A DNA stretch of 64,000 nt, taken from assembly GCF_902713615.1 (NCBI RefSeq), contig NW_024055820.1, positions 248,001-312,000 of the forward strand. Direction: 5' to 3'. Made by a program: the position numbers and the translations under genes. The DNA is from Scyliorhinus canicula (taxonomy: Eukaryota). Shown here piece after piece: positions 47,351-59,935 of this stretch. The notes beneath the pieces were generated by a model, which worked only from the letters and a program-made list of their open reading frames with translations, was not told the origin of the DNA and did not search any database. Positions within the stretch are counted from its first letter, which is position 1; each line of letters starts with the position of its first letter.

Positions 47351-47657
47351 AGGCTGAAAGCGCAGTAATACACGGCAGCATCACGCAGCTGCAGATCCCC
47401 GATAGTCAAACTGAGGAATTTCTTCGAGGTCTGGAGGTCAGTTGAGAAACGGACTTTAGCAAAGTCTGCTTTATCTTCATAACCCTCCGAGTACTTCCTC
47501 AGTATATACTCGGGCTGTGAGTCTGGGTGTTGGCGGTACCAGAATAAATTATAGCTGTTTTCTGCAGTATCATAGGTACAGTTCAAAGTCACCGCTTTTC
47601 CTTCCGTCTGAACATTTGAGGACAGCGGCTGAGAGACAGAATCTCCATGACTCTGAT
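47351..47657 (-). CDS. TCR alpha/delta-type V exon (intact)
   Basis: ..GDSVSQPLSSNVQTEGKAVTLNCTY..LFWYRQHPDSQPEYIL..DFAKVRFS..LTIGDLQLRDAAVYYCAFS; acceptor ttttgcag|AT. Confidence 0.95.
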
Positions 47658-47763
47658 CTGCAAAACATGTTCAAACAATTAAAGATCAGACGGACATGTG
47701 CTCAAAATTCAGATCCGACCCATGTTTTAGAAATGAAAGAAAATATGATGTATCCACAAATAC

Positions 47764-47809
47764 CTGTTAGAAATGCTCCCCACACAACCCAGATGCTGAG
47801 GAGCCGCAT
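47764..47809 (-). CDS. Leader exon of the V gene at 47351-47657
   Basis: MRLLSIWVVWGAFLT G|gtattt; phase 1. Confidence 0.88.
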
Positions 47810-48629
47810 TGCCGCTGACCGCTCTGTAAAAGGGGGAATCGGATATCTGAAACCGTCCGTCCTCATCCCCACCCTCAATAATCTGATGACGTATTTCAGA
47901 ATGCTCAGACGTCAGTTCCGTATTTCGCCAGTGGCACCGTGTGATTGGTTGATGCTGAACTGGCTGTCACTGAATGGAAGCTCACCAACCTGTGCACCAG
48001 TCGGTTCCTTATAGGACAAATTGTTCCGCTTTAGGAACGGCGAGTGGATGGAAGCTTCATCTGGTTATTGTAACCGATGAGCAAAGATTGTTCTGAAGAA
48101 GAATCATATGGACTCGAAATATTAATTAAGATTCTCTCCTCGTCGCTGCCAGACCTGCTGAGGTTATCCAGCATTTTGTGTTTTTATTTCAGACTTCTCC
48201 CATCCACAGTATTTTGCTTTTATATGAGCAAGGACTGATGAGAGATTGGGTGTATTAGCAGCCAATGTTCTGCTTTCCTGTCCTACCGTTAATACCTGTG
48301 ACACCAGTGAGACTCCCCTCACTCTCAGTTAACCAACAACACCAAATGAAAAGATTCACATGTTAATGGAAGACATTGTGATCACCCTGGTGCGAGTTAC
48401 AACATGTTAAACAGGTGGAGGTAAGAGAGGCAGCGCTGATTGGGTTGCAATATTGCCTCGGTTGATACAATCACTGGACACTGCTTATTCCTCAAGAACA
48501 CGACCTGCGAGGAAATTCTGAAAATGAAGTTGGTATTGAGCAAAATTCAGAGACCGTTCACCGGATTGATACCTGGGATGAAGGTGTTTGTCTTATGAGG
48601 ACAGGTTGAGCAGCGGGACCTATACATTA

Positions 48630-48961
48630 GGGGGCCTCACGGTAGCATGGTGGTTAGCATCAATGCTTCACAGCTCCAGGGTCCCAGGTTCGATTCCCGG
48701 CTGGGTCACTGTCTGTGTGGAGTCTACACATCCTCCCCGTGTGTGCGTGGGTTTCCTCCGGGTGCTCCGGTTTCCTCCCACAGTCCAAAGATGTGCAGGT
48801 TAGGTGGATTGGCCATGCTAAATTGCCCGTAGTGTAAGGTTAATGGGGGGATTGTTGGGTTACGGGTATACGGGTTACGTGGGTTTAAGTAGGATGATCA
48901 TTGCTCGGCACAACATCGAGGGCCGAAGGGCCTGTTCTGTGCTGTACTGTTCTATGTTCTA
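48630..48961 (+). mobile_element. HE1-like SINE (full length) nested in a CR1 3' fragment
   Basis: Same sequence family as 18690-19024. Confidence 0.88.
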
Positions 48962-49689
48962 TATTGGAGTTTGAAGAATTAAAGTTAATCATAGTGAAAC
49001 ACAGTAGATTCTGAGAGATTTGACAGGATAGATGCTGGAAGGATGTTTCCCCTTTTGCGGGGAATCTATAACCAGGGGATGCAGCTTACAATATGAAGTC
49101 TCCCAATAATGCTGGAGATGGAAGGAATTCGTTTTCTCAGAGGGACATTAAACTTTGGGATTCTCTTTCCCAGAGAACACTGGAGGCCGGGTCATTGAAT
49201 AATTTTGGCGGAGTTCTACAGGTCTTTGAATTATAATGGGTGTCAATGTGTCATAGGGATCAGGCGGAAATGTGGAGTAAAGACAAAGATCAGATCAGCT
49301 CTGGTCTGACTGAACGTCAGGACAGATTCGAGAGCAGAGTGCTCGATTGGAACTCTTTGTTCTTACATTTGTCCGTACATATCGGTGAATTGGCTGCCCA
49401 AAACATTGCTATGTTGGTTTTATTAAAGGCGCAAGAAAGTCAGTGAAGTCTAGTTTCCTGCTTATTATTCCTGAAATAATACAGACATGTACTGTGGGTA
49501 CTGCCCTAAATGATGGCATAACAGAAGAACACATCAGGATATCATGTTTTCATTGTGCAGTTAATTTTGACATTGCTGACTTCTTCAAAGGACCATTCAG
49601 GAATAAATAGTTACAGTTTTCGTTTGTAGTTATTTCGAACGCAACATAGACGGGAAAGTAAGCATCAATAACACCCTCTTCTCATTCAT

Positions 49690-50960
49690 CACCCCATGGG
49701 GTGGTGGTGGTGTAGTGATAATATCACTGGAAAGGTAATTCAGGGATCCATGTTAACGGCTTGGGGAAAGTGTTGCAAATCCTGCCATGGCAGCGAGATA
49801 AATGTAAATTCAATTAATATGAAAAGCCATGTCGGTGGAAATCTACCTGGTTCGTTCATGTACTTTATGGGAGGAAATCTGCCTCCCATACCTGCCGAGG
49901 CTGTGTGTTACTCCAAACCAAAGGTAAAAAAATATATTTCATGGAATGTGGGATTCGCCGGCTAGGGGAGCATTTGTTGCCCCTGCCTAATTGCCCTTGG
50001 CAAGGTGGCAATGAGCTGCCTTCTTTAACCGCTGCAGTCAATGCGATGTAGTCACGCCCACTGTGGTATTGGGGAGAGAGTTCCAGGATTTTTACCCAGC
50101 GACAGTGAAGGAACAGCAATAGATTTGCAAATCAGGATAGCGGGTGACTTGGAGGGGAACGTCTAAGTGGGGGTGGGGGGGTGGGGGGGGGGCCTTCCCA
50201 GATATCTGCTGCTCTTGTCCATCTCGATTGCAGTGGTCGTGAGTTTGGAAGGTGTTGCCAAAAGAGACTTGGTAAGTTCCTGCAGTGCATCTTGCAGTTG
50301 GTACACATTGCTGCTACTGTGCATCAGTAGTGGAAGGAGTGAATGTTTGTAAAGGGCCTGCCAATCAAGCGGCTGTTTTGCCCTGGATATTGTTGCGCAC
50401 GTCTTGAGTGTTGTTGGAGATGCACAAATCCAGGCAGGTGGAAGTACTCTATCACACTCCTCAGTTGTGCTCAGTAGATGTTGGACAGGCTTTGGGGAGT
50501 CAGAAGGTGAGTTACTCGCCCCTGGTTTCCGAGCTTCTGACCTGCTCCTGTAGCCACAGTATTTAAATGGCTAGTCCGGTTCAGTTTCCAGTCAATGGTA
50601 ACGCCTAGGATTTTGATAGTGGGGATTTAGTGATGGCAATGTTATTGAATCGCAATGGGGAGCGATTTGAATCTCTCTTATTTGAAATGGTAATTGCCTG
50701 GAAATTTTGTGGCGCTTGAATGTTACTTGCCACGTGTTAGCCTTATCGTGGATGTCTGGGTCTTGCTGCTTTTGCACGCGCACTTTTTCAGTGTCTGAGG
50801 ATTCAGGAATGATTGTCCAATCATCAGCGAACATCCCCACGTCTGATCGTATGTTGGACGGAAGGTCACTGATGAAGCATCTGAAGATATTTGGGCCTTG
50901 GACACAACCCTGAGTTACTCCTGCAGTGATGCCCTGGAGCTGAGATGACTGACCTCCAAC
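49690..50960 (-). mobile_element. CR1/L2-clade LINE 3' portion (RT end plus 3' UTR)
   Basis: ..GITAGVTQG..GPNIFRCFISDL..MFADD..; homologous to 16827-17760. Confidence 0.7.
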
Positions 50961-51029
50961 AAACACAATCATCAATAATCTTCCTTTGTGCTAGGTATTA
51001 CTCCGACCAGTGGATGTCTCTCTCTCTCT

Positions 51030-51030
<1 letters not shown>

Positions 51031-51063
<33 letters not shown>

Positions 51064-51910
51064 ACCCCTCCACCATGGACTTCAGTTTGGCTAGGGCTCC
51101 ATGACAGAGTGGAGAAGCCGACCGCCGCCCCAGCAGGACCCACCTCCGAGCAGTCAGCGAGGCGAAGACGGAAACGTCTGCCCCCACACCCACCTGAAGC
51201 TCGGGCCAGTCCGACATCCCGAAAATGGCCACTAGGGGACCCGGCTCCAAATCCACATACAACACACCTGACATGATTTCAAAATATGTCCCTCCAATAC
51301 CTCTCCAGGTTGGGCAGGATCCAAAAACATGTACATGCTTTGCGGGGCCCATCCCATAGGGCACGCAAACATCGTCTCCCCTTCAAAGAATCGACTCATC
51401 CTTATCTTTGTGAGGTGAGACTTTACAAGACTTTCAATTGTATCAGCACCAACCTCGCTCAGGAGGTTGGGGCATTCACCCTCACACTACAGACCTTCTT
51501 CCATTAGCTCCCCCAACTCTTCTTCCCATTTGGATTTAATTCCTTCCATGGACACCCTACCTTTCTCCAAAATCTTCCCATAAATCGCCAACACAACCCC
51601 CTTCTCCAACCCTGTCCACCAACAGCGAGGGTGCTGGCGCTATCGGGATGCTCGGAAACTCCTTACTTACAAAGTCTCGCACTTGCAGATACGTAAACTT
51701 TTCCTCTTGTGCCAATCCGATCTTCCGCCCTAACTTCTCAAAACGTCCTCCCGGGAACAGATCTTTTCAGACCTTAATCCCCCTCTCCTTCCATTTCCGA
51801 AACCACCTATCCAGCCTCCCCTGCTCGAATCTATGATTCCCCCGAATCGGCATCCCCCTGACCCAGCCCCCAACTTAAAGTTCTGCCTCAACAGCCTCCA
51901 GATCTTCAAC
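51031..51910 (-). mobile_element. L1/Tx1-type ORF2 C-terminal fragment ending at a poly(C/G) run
   Basis: ..HVHVFGSCP..IMSGVLYVDLEPGPLVAIFG..ARRWVLLG.. resembles L1 C-terminal regions; C-run of >30 nt from 51031. Confidence 0.55.
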
Positions 51911-52844
51911 GTTGTCACCATCACAGATTCCCAGACGCTGGAATGTTGCATTAGTTCATTTATTTTGCTGTCGAGCGTAAATTTGCAACAACCATTTCAC
52001 CCTAAAACGTTTGTAGATATTGTGGACATGGCTTATAATAAAACAAGAAAAGTGATGCCTAATTAACAAGAAACAGAAGCACAGCTTGCCTGGCACTTTC
52101 GGTGTTTATTGTCCCTCTGTAAGTGAACTTCCCAACGTTTGAACCTTCCTAAGTGTCACTTCAGTAATGTGGTCTAGAATATTGTGAATCTCCCTGAAGC
52201 CATGATCCATCTGGACAGAGAATGCAGACAGGACGTTAATAACAACAAAGGATTTTTTAACATTGACCAACAAGGGCATAAATTAGAGACGGTCTTGGCT
52301 GAAACGTACGGAGCTGTAGTCAACCAATAACAGAGACACTATCTTCGTTGCTGAGGACCGTCATGCATCGGGGTACTGCACAAGCGATCCAAAAGCTTCG
52401 TTATTCAGTTTTAACTGTTTTGGTTGAAAGGAAAATCTAAAAATAATCTGTTAGAACTTCATCAACTAATCCTTGGTCACACAGAAATTGAAGGATAGTT
52501 GGACCAATCTTCGCAAAACGTGAGAGAATCAAAATAAACTGAAGTTTCCGACTGAACAACTGAGACCAATTGCAGCCGGTGGGGCTTTCTGAAAGGACAA
52601 TCTAAACTGCATCCACATCCATCAATACCTTATGACTTTAAATTGTTCTGTGCAATGAACACAGAAACATGATGACTGAGCCTCCAGTGGCAATGCAAGG
52701 TAAATTGTTCTCTCACAGTTTCGGTTATTTGACCAGTTTTTTTTTTTAAATCGGCATGGCCATCGACTGTGTCTACCTGTCTGTGAGGGTGTGTGTGTCC
52801 CTGTGTGTTTATTTGCTGAGAGTCTGTGCGGATTTCCAATGTTC

Positions 52845-53030
52845 TCCGTGAGGTTTGTGCTGTACAGCGGAGGGCGCTCTCTGATCACTTGACAGTGAGC
52901 ATGATCCCCAGTTGTTCTTTAGAGATATGTAAATAGACAGGAAATTCCCGCTGAGCTGCTGAAACCTCAGCGCCTTTTCAATTCTATACCGCCTCCCTCC
53001 CCAGTCCCAGCATCAACAAGTTCACTCTTA
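52845..53030 (-). pseudogene. Possible decayed V 3' end with a degenerate RSS
   Basis: Reverse strand ..YLHISKEQLG(D)..CAC TGT, then CAAGTG-22 nt-ACAGCACAA. Confidence 0.35.
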
Positions 53031-53051
53031 TTAACCGTGTCGATGGTGGCT

Positions 53052-53328
53052 ATGATGTGGAGTTGCCGGCGTTCGTTTGGGGTGAGCACAACAAGAAGTC
53101 TTACAAAACCAGGTTAAAGTCCAACAGGTGTGTTTCGCATCACTAGCTTTCGGAGCACTGCTCCTTCCTCAGGTGAATCCAGGTTAAAGTCCAACAGCTT
53201 TGTTTCGAATCACTAGCTTTCGGAGCTCTGCTCCTTCCTCAGGTGAATTTGAGGAAGGTGCAGCGCTCCGATAGCTAGTGATTCGAAGCAAACCTGTTGG
53301 ACTTTAACCTGGTGTTGTAAGACTTCTT
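53052..53328. mobile_element. Penelope pLTR cluster: two direct 70-bp units plus one inverted unit, with hammerhead-like motifs
   Basis: Units 53109-53178 and 53179-53248 (motif on the - strand), inverted copy 53249-53328. Confidence 0.8.
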
Positions 53329-53757
53329 GCTATATTCTTATTAACGATAGCGGATGAAATAAACTGAACATTTCCATCTACATTCAATATTTATTAATTC
53401 GAGACGAGCTATTTCGGATCAATTACATATCAAACGATCACTCTGACCAATTATGAATCGCCTCTCAGATCAAGTGGCGATCAATCCGTCGCTCGATCAA
53501 TCAAGGATCAAATTGTTTACATGGTCTCCTCATTCTCTCTAATCCGCACAATGTCAGATTAATGTCTCCTTGGCCTGCAGCGAACGGAGTTGCGGTTGCA
53601 GATTGACATCAGACCAATCAGACCCAGCGTCCTCAGCTCCGCCTATGGAATGTTGTGAAGAAAGTGACATTAGGCCACTATCAGCCAATCGCCTGTTCTT
53701 GTTCGATATTCTGCTCTGTGGGATGCAAAAAGTCCCTGCATTTTCTGAGAAGCAGCG

Positions 53758-53803
53758 ATGCGGTTCCCCACTCTCGCTCTGGCCTGGGTGATAGTCATTG
53801 CTG
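53758..53803 (+). CDS. Leader exon of the V gene at 54485-54788
   Basis: MRFPTLALAWVIVIA G|gtaaga; phase 1; CCAAT boxes and TGACATCA-like motifs upstream. Confidence 0.88.
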
Positions 53804-54484
53804 GTAAGAAGTTTGAAACTTTACAAATGTTTAAATTCAGGAGGGATACATTGGAAAGTCAGGGAATTCATATTAAACTTGTACCTGAATTCGGCCTTGG
53901 TTTGCATTAAGCGTTTCTTGGATGTATTTTGCAAGATGAATATAGGGCACAGAATACCACACAGAATATAATTTCATAAGTGCGGCATATTGTCATATAA
54001 CACTACAACTCGGATATTGTTCTCCAGTAAACGGCGTTGCGAAGGATAACCTAATAGAGTAATAATGACGGAGTTAGATGGGAAATACAAGAAGATGTTT
54101 GCCCTTATGGAGAATTCCAAAACTGTGAGTTACAACAAACGTCATTAAAACATCTAATGGGGAATTCAGCAGAAACTCGTCACACAAAGAACGGCGTGAG
54201 TGTGGAATTCACCACCACATGGAGTAGTTGAGGAAATGGTATTGATGCATTGGAGCAATGTAGAGAAACAGAAGATGAATAAAATAATGGGTTAATTTAC
54301 TGATAGAGTGAGATGGAGAGGGAGGGGGTGGTTAACGCTGATATAGCCAGTGAGGTCGAATTACTATCTTACATTCTCACTTCTATTTATTTTTCTGTAA
54401 CTCTGATTGCAAATTTTGACCGTCGGCTCAGTTTAGTGTAACGTTTAATCGATGACTAACACTTTCTATAATCGTGTGTTGCAG

Positions 54485-54788
54485 GTCTGAGCGATGGAGA
54501 CTCTGTTACTCAGCGGGAATCCTCACTCACACAGACAGAGGGAGAAGATGTCACTTTAACCTGCACGTATACCGATGATGCTTATTATTTATTCTGGTAC
54601 CGTCAATACCCAGATAGAGAGCCCGAGTTTGCGGTCCGAATATACAAGAGCGGAGGTGATCCAGCGAAAGCGGATTTCGCTCAGGAACGGTTTTCCGTTA
54701 CCCTCCAACAATCAGAGAAGTTGTACCGATTGGCCATCTCGGAGCTGCGGCTGTCTGACACCGCGGTCTATTACTGTGCACAGCGTCT
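54485..54788 (+). CDS. TCR alpha/delta-type V exon (intact; missed by the ORF track because it has no start codon)
   Basis: GLSDGDSVTQRESSLTQTEGEDVTLTCTYTDDAYYLFWYRQYPDREPEF..DFAQERFSV..LAISELRLSDTAVYYCAQR. Confidence 0.95.
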
Positions 54789-54827
54789 CACAGTGATGGC
54801 AACGAGTGAGATCCTCGTACAAAAACT
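54789..54827 (+). promoter_or_regulatory. 23-RSS
   Basis: CACAGTG-23 nt-ACAAAAACT. Confidence 0.95.
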
Positions 54828-56551
54828 GCCGCTGCTTTCTGGGTCACAGCTGCTGTCTGTTTGGGGCTGACACGTGAATCCTTTCCTGTGCGCGGAGACC
54901 GCGAGCACAATCCACAGAAACAATTTTAATATAGTTCACATCGAATATAGATTCCGCCCAATTAATGCAGTAACACTGGGAGGGCAGAATTGGCTGGCGT
55001 TTATTTCGGTATATCAGTGAACTTGACACTGTCATTGAGAATGCAAAAACCAGCCGGTGGCCTGGGGAACTACTTAAATCGCCGAATCACAATGAACCCG
55101 TGGAAAATACACACATCATTATTGGTTTACAATTTCATTATGTATCAGATGATGGACCCAGGTGAGAAAAACCCTAATAATTTTAATAGTCTGACTGAGC
55201 ACTTCGCAATATTAATATCTCTTAAAGCTAAGAATCTAGAGCGTAAACAAGTTCTTTGAGTTTATTTTCAGGGCATGATTTGATCTTATGATCAATGTAT
55301 AATTGAGGAAAGACATGCCTGCTGGGTTCCAAGCATTGGAACAAATGGTCAGGAACTGACTGAATACAGAAGCTTGTTTGCGAAGTCAATCAGAAAGATT
55401 GCTGTAGTGAGTTACAACCCCTGAAAAGGACTGCACAAAGGCTAGAATAGAGCGACTAAAACTTAATGGATACGACACACATCTCAGAATGTGAATAATG
55501 CGAGTTTCAGGCAGTCAAGAAATATCAAGGACACTTTCAAGGATGGAATTCACGGCCGAGGGCCAGATGTGATGTTTCGTCATCCTTGCAAGTGCCAGAG
55601 AAAGACTGGGATGTTCATTTCAGCTGAAGACATCTTTTAGATCGAAGTTGCTCCCACTGCCAACCTGTACGCGCTGATCAAACATTATGTATTAGGGCAA
55701 TCTGAATGGTTTGCTGCGCTTTGTCATGCACTAAATGTAACTACTGAATTACCACAACCGCTTTCCCTTCAAAATGTATTGTAAATGAAACTCGAAAACA
55801 ATAATTCCCTGTACTGAATAAAATATTGGTGGAAGAACCTCTAACACCAGATCCCAGATCTCTATCAGCAAATCCCAGGAACCACGATTCAGCGACTGCC
55901 TGGAAGTTCCAATCTTTGCCCGTATTCTGCAGGGCACACATGGAATCAGCCAATAACTGCCAAACTAATGTTCCTGGAGGGAACTACAATCATGCTGCCC
56001 TAGGCCTTGTGAAAGAATCTCTGTGATTTCAAATCTTCCAGCGCTCCTGGAACCTACTTGGATTGTTCAGCTTATTTTTCTTTGTCACATTCGAAAGCGC
56101 ACAGATAAAATAAATACTGGTTTCGCTGATTTCAATAAATGTTAATACCCATTTTGTCAACAATGTTACAATCAAGTTTGAGTTGATATCCATTCAGATC
56201 ACAAAACCGATATTTTACGGAAGTACATTTCACATTTCAATCAGTCTCAGTTATTACCCCACTAATCTCTGTTTGTGTTATATTAGAGCCTGATTCATAC
56301 TGTCTTATACTCACAGAACACATGACCTGCACAGAGTTTCATAGGTGGACAATCATACCTGCTAGTGAATGATCGCCGAATAAGTTACTGAACTTAATCA
56401 TTTCCATGCTTGTATCATGACAAATCCCATCTCTGCTTATATTGCACTGTACAATCCTCATGAATTACTGGACAACGCTCGGCCTGTGTTAATATTACTC
56501 TGGGCTCTGTATTTGCTCCCACTACACAAGACAGTGTCACTGTTTATTGTC

Positions 56552-58812
56552 ATGATGTGGAGATGCCGGCGTTGGACTGGGGTGACCCCTCCGGAAGGCC
56601 GCTGCCCTAGACTCGACATGTATGCTCAAGCCGTCAGAAGTCGTGTCAATGCCAGATTCATCACTCGCAATCACAAGGCAGCCTCAAACGTCACCCAAGC
56701 ACAACGCAACGCCATCCGCACTCTCAAGACCAACCGCAACATCGTCATCAAACCAGCAGACAAAGGAGGGGCCACCGTCATACTGAACAGAACAGACTAC
56801 TGCAAAGAAGTATACCGACAACTCGACAACCAGGAACACTACAGGCAGTTACCCGCAGATCCAACCAAGGAACACATCCGCCAACTCAGCAGACTGATCA
56901 AGACCTTAGATCCAGACCTTCAGAACACCCTACGTGCTCTCATCCCACGTAATCCCCGCATTGGAGATCTCTACTGCCTCCCGAAAATACACAAGGCCAA
57001 CACACCAGGCCGTCCTATCGTTTCAGGCAATGGGACCCTGTGTGAGAACCTCTCTGGCCACATCGAGGGCATCTTGAAACCCATCGTACAAGGTACACCC
57101 AGCTTCTGTCGCGACACGACGGACTTCCTACAGAAACTCAGCACCCATGGACCAGTTGAACCAGGAACATTCCTCGTCACAATGGATGTCTCGGCACTCT
57201 ACACCAGCATCCCCCATGACGACGGCATTGCTGCAACAGCCTCAGTCCTCAACACCGACAACTGCCAATCTCCAGACGCAATTCTGCAACTCATCCGTTT
57301 CATTCTAGACCACAACGTCTTCACCTTCGACAACAAATTCTTCATCCAGACGCACGAAACAGCCATGGGGACCAAATTTGCACCTCAATATGCTAACATC
57401 TTCATGCACAAGTTTGAACAGGACTTCCTCACCACACAGGACTTTCAACCGATGCTATACACCAGATACATCGATGACATTTTTTTCCTTTGGACCCACG
57501 GCGAGACATCACTGAAACGACTACACGATGACATCAATAAGTTCCATCCCACCATCAAACTCACCATGGACTATTCTCCAAATTCAGTTCCATTCTTGGA
57601 CACACTCGTCTCCATCAAGGACGGTCACCTCAGCACCTCGCTTTACCGCAAGCCCACAGATAATCTCACGATGCTCCACTTCTCCAGCTTTCACCCGAAA
57701 CACATTAAAGAAGCCATCCCCTATGGACAAGCCCTCCGTATACACAGGATCTGCTCAGACAAGGAGGAGCGCAACAGACACCTACAGATGCTGAAAGATG
57801 CCCTCGTACGAACGGGATATGGCGCTCGACTCATTGATTGACAGTTCCACCGCGCCACAGCAAAAAACCGCACCGACCTCCTCAGAAGACAAACACGGGA
57901 CACCACTGACAGAGTACCCTTCGTCGTCCAGTACTTTCCTGGGGCGGAGAAACTACGACATCTTCTTCGCAGCCTCCAACACATCATCAGCGAGGATGGA
58001 CATCTTGCCAAGGTCATCCCCACACCCCCACTACTGGCCTTCAAACAACCACGCAACCTCAAACAAACCATTGTTTGCAGCAAATTACCCAGCCTTCAGA
58101 ACAGCAACCACAACACCACAAAACCCTGCCAGGGTAATCTCTGCAAGACATGCCAGATCATCGACATGGACACCACCATTACACGTGGAAACACCACCCA
58201 CCAGGTACGCGGCGCATACTCGTGCGACTCGACCAATGTAGTCTACCTCATACGCTGCAGGAAAGGATGTCCCGAAGCGTGGTACATTGGCGAAACCATG
58301 CAGACACTGCGACAACGAATAAACGGGCATCGTGCGACTATCAACAGGCAGGACTGTTCCCTTCCAGTTGGGGAACACTTCAGCAGTCAAGGACATTCAG
58401 CCTCTGATCTCCGGGTCAGCATTCTACAAGGAGGCCTTCAGGAGACGCGACAACGCAAAATTGCTGAGCAAAAACTTATAGCTAAGTTCCGCACGCATGA
58501 ATGCGGACTCAACCGGGATCTGGGATTCATGTCGCATTACATTCGGCCCCCACCAACAAGCCTGGACTTGCAGAGGCCTACCAACTGAACTGGCTTGGGA
58601 CAATTCACACCTCTTTAACCTGGAGTTACCTCTCTCTCTGCATCTTTGATGATTTGATTGCCTGCAGGTGCTCGCATTCCGGGGCATCTCTGACTGTGTC
58701 TATATAAACATTTCTGGAACAAGCCTTTCCATTCACCTGAAGAAGGAGCCGTGCTCCGAAAGCTCGTGTTTGAAACAAACCTGTTGGACTTTAACCTGGT
58801 GTTGTAAGACTT
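56552..58812 (+). mobile_element. Penelope-like retroelement, 5'-truncated (RT plus GIY-YIG endonuclease plus pLTR), one nonsense codon
   Basis: DKGG..RPIVS..MDVSALYT..AMG..YIDDIF; TGA at 57839-57841, then in-frame continuation to CxxxxCxxC and VYLIRC..YIGET (58166-58588); pLTR at the 3' end. Confidence 0.92.
58734..58768 (+). ncRNA. Minimal type-I hammerhead-like motif in the Penelope pLTR
   Basis: CAC-CTGAAGA-A-GGAGC-CGT-GCTCC-GAAA-GCTC-GTG; palindromic AGCT stem III; CAC/GTG stem I. Confidence 0.6.
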
Positions 58813-59624
58813 ACACTGTTTATTGTGCACGTTTCCTGCCTCCCTGGACCCTGTTTCATTGTAATGCATTGGGTAAATCATTTGGTTATATTACACTATC
58901 CACTGATTGAGTTGTCAATACAATATCTTATGCCTCTGTTTATAATGTGCAAGGAAATATTTTAGCTATTGCTCTACTGAACCTTGTATTCTATGCAGTG
59001 TATATCATGATAAACTCTACCCCAAACAATTGTGTAAAACACCACCTTTATCTTTGTATTAGACTCGGGTTTGCCTGAATTATTTTTGTACAGTTCTAAT
59101 ACTTTTCTCACTTATTCCTACATTATCAGGTGTCTTGGTTTCTATTCCACTGGGACTGCCGCAGTTTTTACTGGCACTACGTCAGTCTCCTGTTTACCTT
59201 ACAATCTGCATGCCTGCTGTATGACGCTGGGCCGTACCTCTGTTTCAGTTATTACTGCAGTAAACCTCTTCCTTGTTTATAATCCTCTGAGTTTATACTC
59301 CTCCCTACCGAGCCATTGCTTCATTCACTTGAGCATATCGCCTATGAATAGAATACAGAGGAAAGGAAGTTATGTTAAATTCTGATTCGGACTGAAATGA
59401 AGGATTGTGGGCAACGCACGTTGGGGAGGATGTGAAGTCAGAAAGATGGATGCAGAAAATATTCACGCAAATGATTCCAGAGATGAGCAACTTGAGTTAC
59501 CAAGAGAGATTGGAGACATTGCGACTGTTTCCCTTGACGAGCAGGTTGAGAAGCCATCTGGCAGATGTATTCGAAATCATGAGAGTTCGAGACAGAGTAG
59601 ATATGGAGGAAGTGAACTCATTCG

Positions 59625-59935
59625 GCGGCGCGGTAGCACAGTGGTTAGCACTGTTGATTCATAGCGCCAGGATCCCAGGTTCGATTCCCGGCTTGGGGTC
59701 ACTGTAAGTGCGGAGTCTGCATGTTCTCACCGTGTCTGCATGTGTTTCCTCCGGGTGTTCCGGTTTCCTCCCACAAGTCACCAAAGACGTGCTGTTAGGT
59801 GAATTGGACAGTCTGAATTCTCCCTGTGTACCCAAACAGGCGCTGGATTGTGGCGACAAGGGGAGTTTTACAGTAACTTAATTGCAGTGTTAATGTAAGC
59901 CTACTTGTGACAATAATAACGATTATTATTATTAG
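59625..59935 (+). mobile_element. tRNA-derived SINE (second family, ..cacagtaactt..gcctacttgtgacaataa.. tail)
   Basis: HE1-like head with a different 3' tail, shared with 11275-11436, 13432-13535 and 63255-63432. Confidence 0.75.

Noticed and set aside
56417-56585. N-terminus of the 474-aa Penelope ORF
   Set aside because: Chimeric read-in from flanking DNA and an inverted pLTR piece; RT similarity begins only at ~56590.
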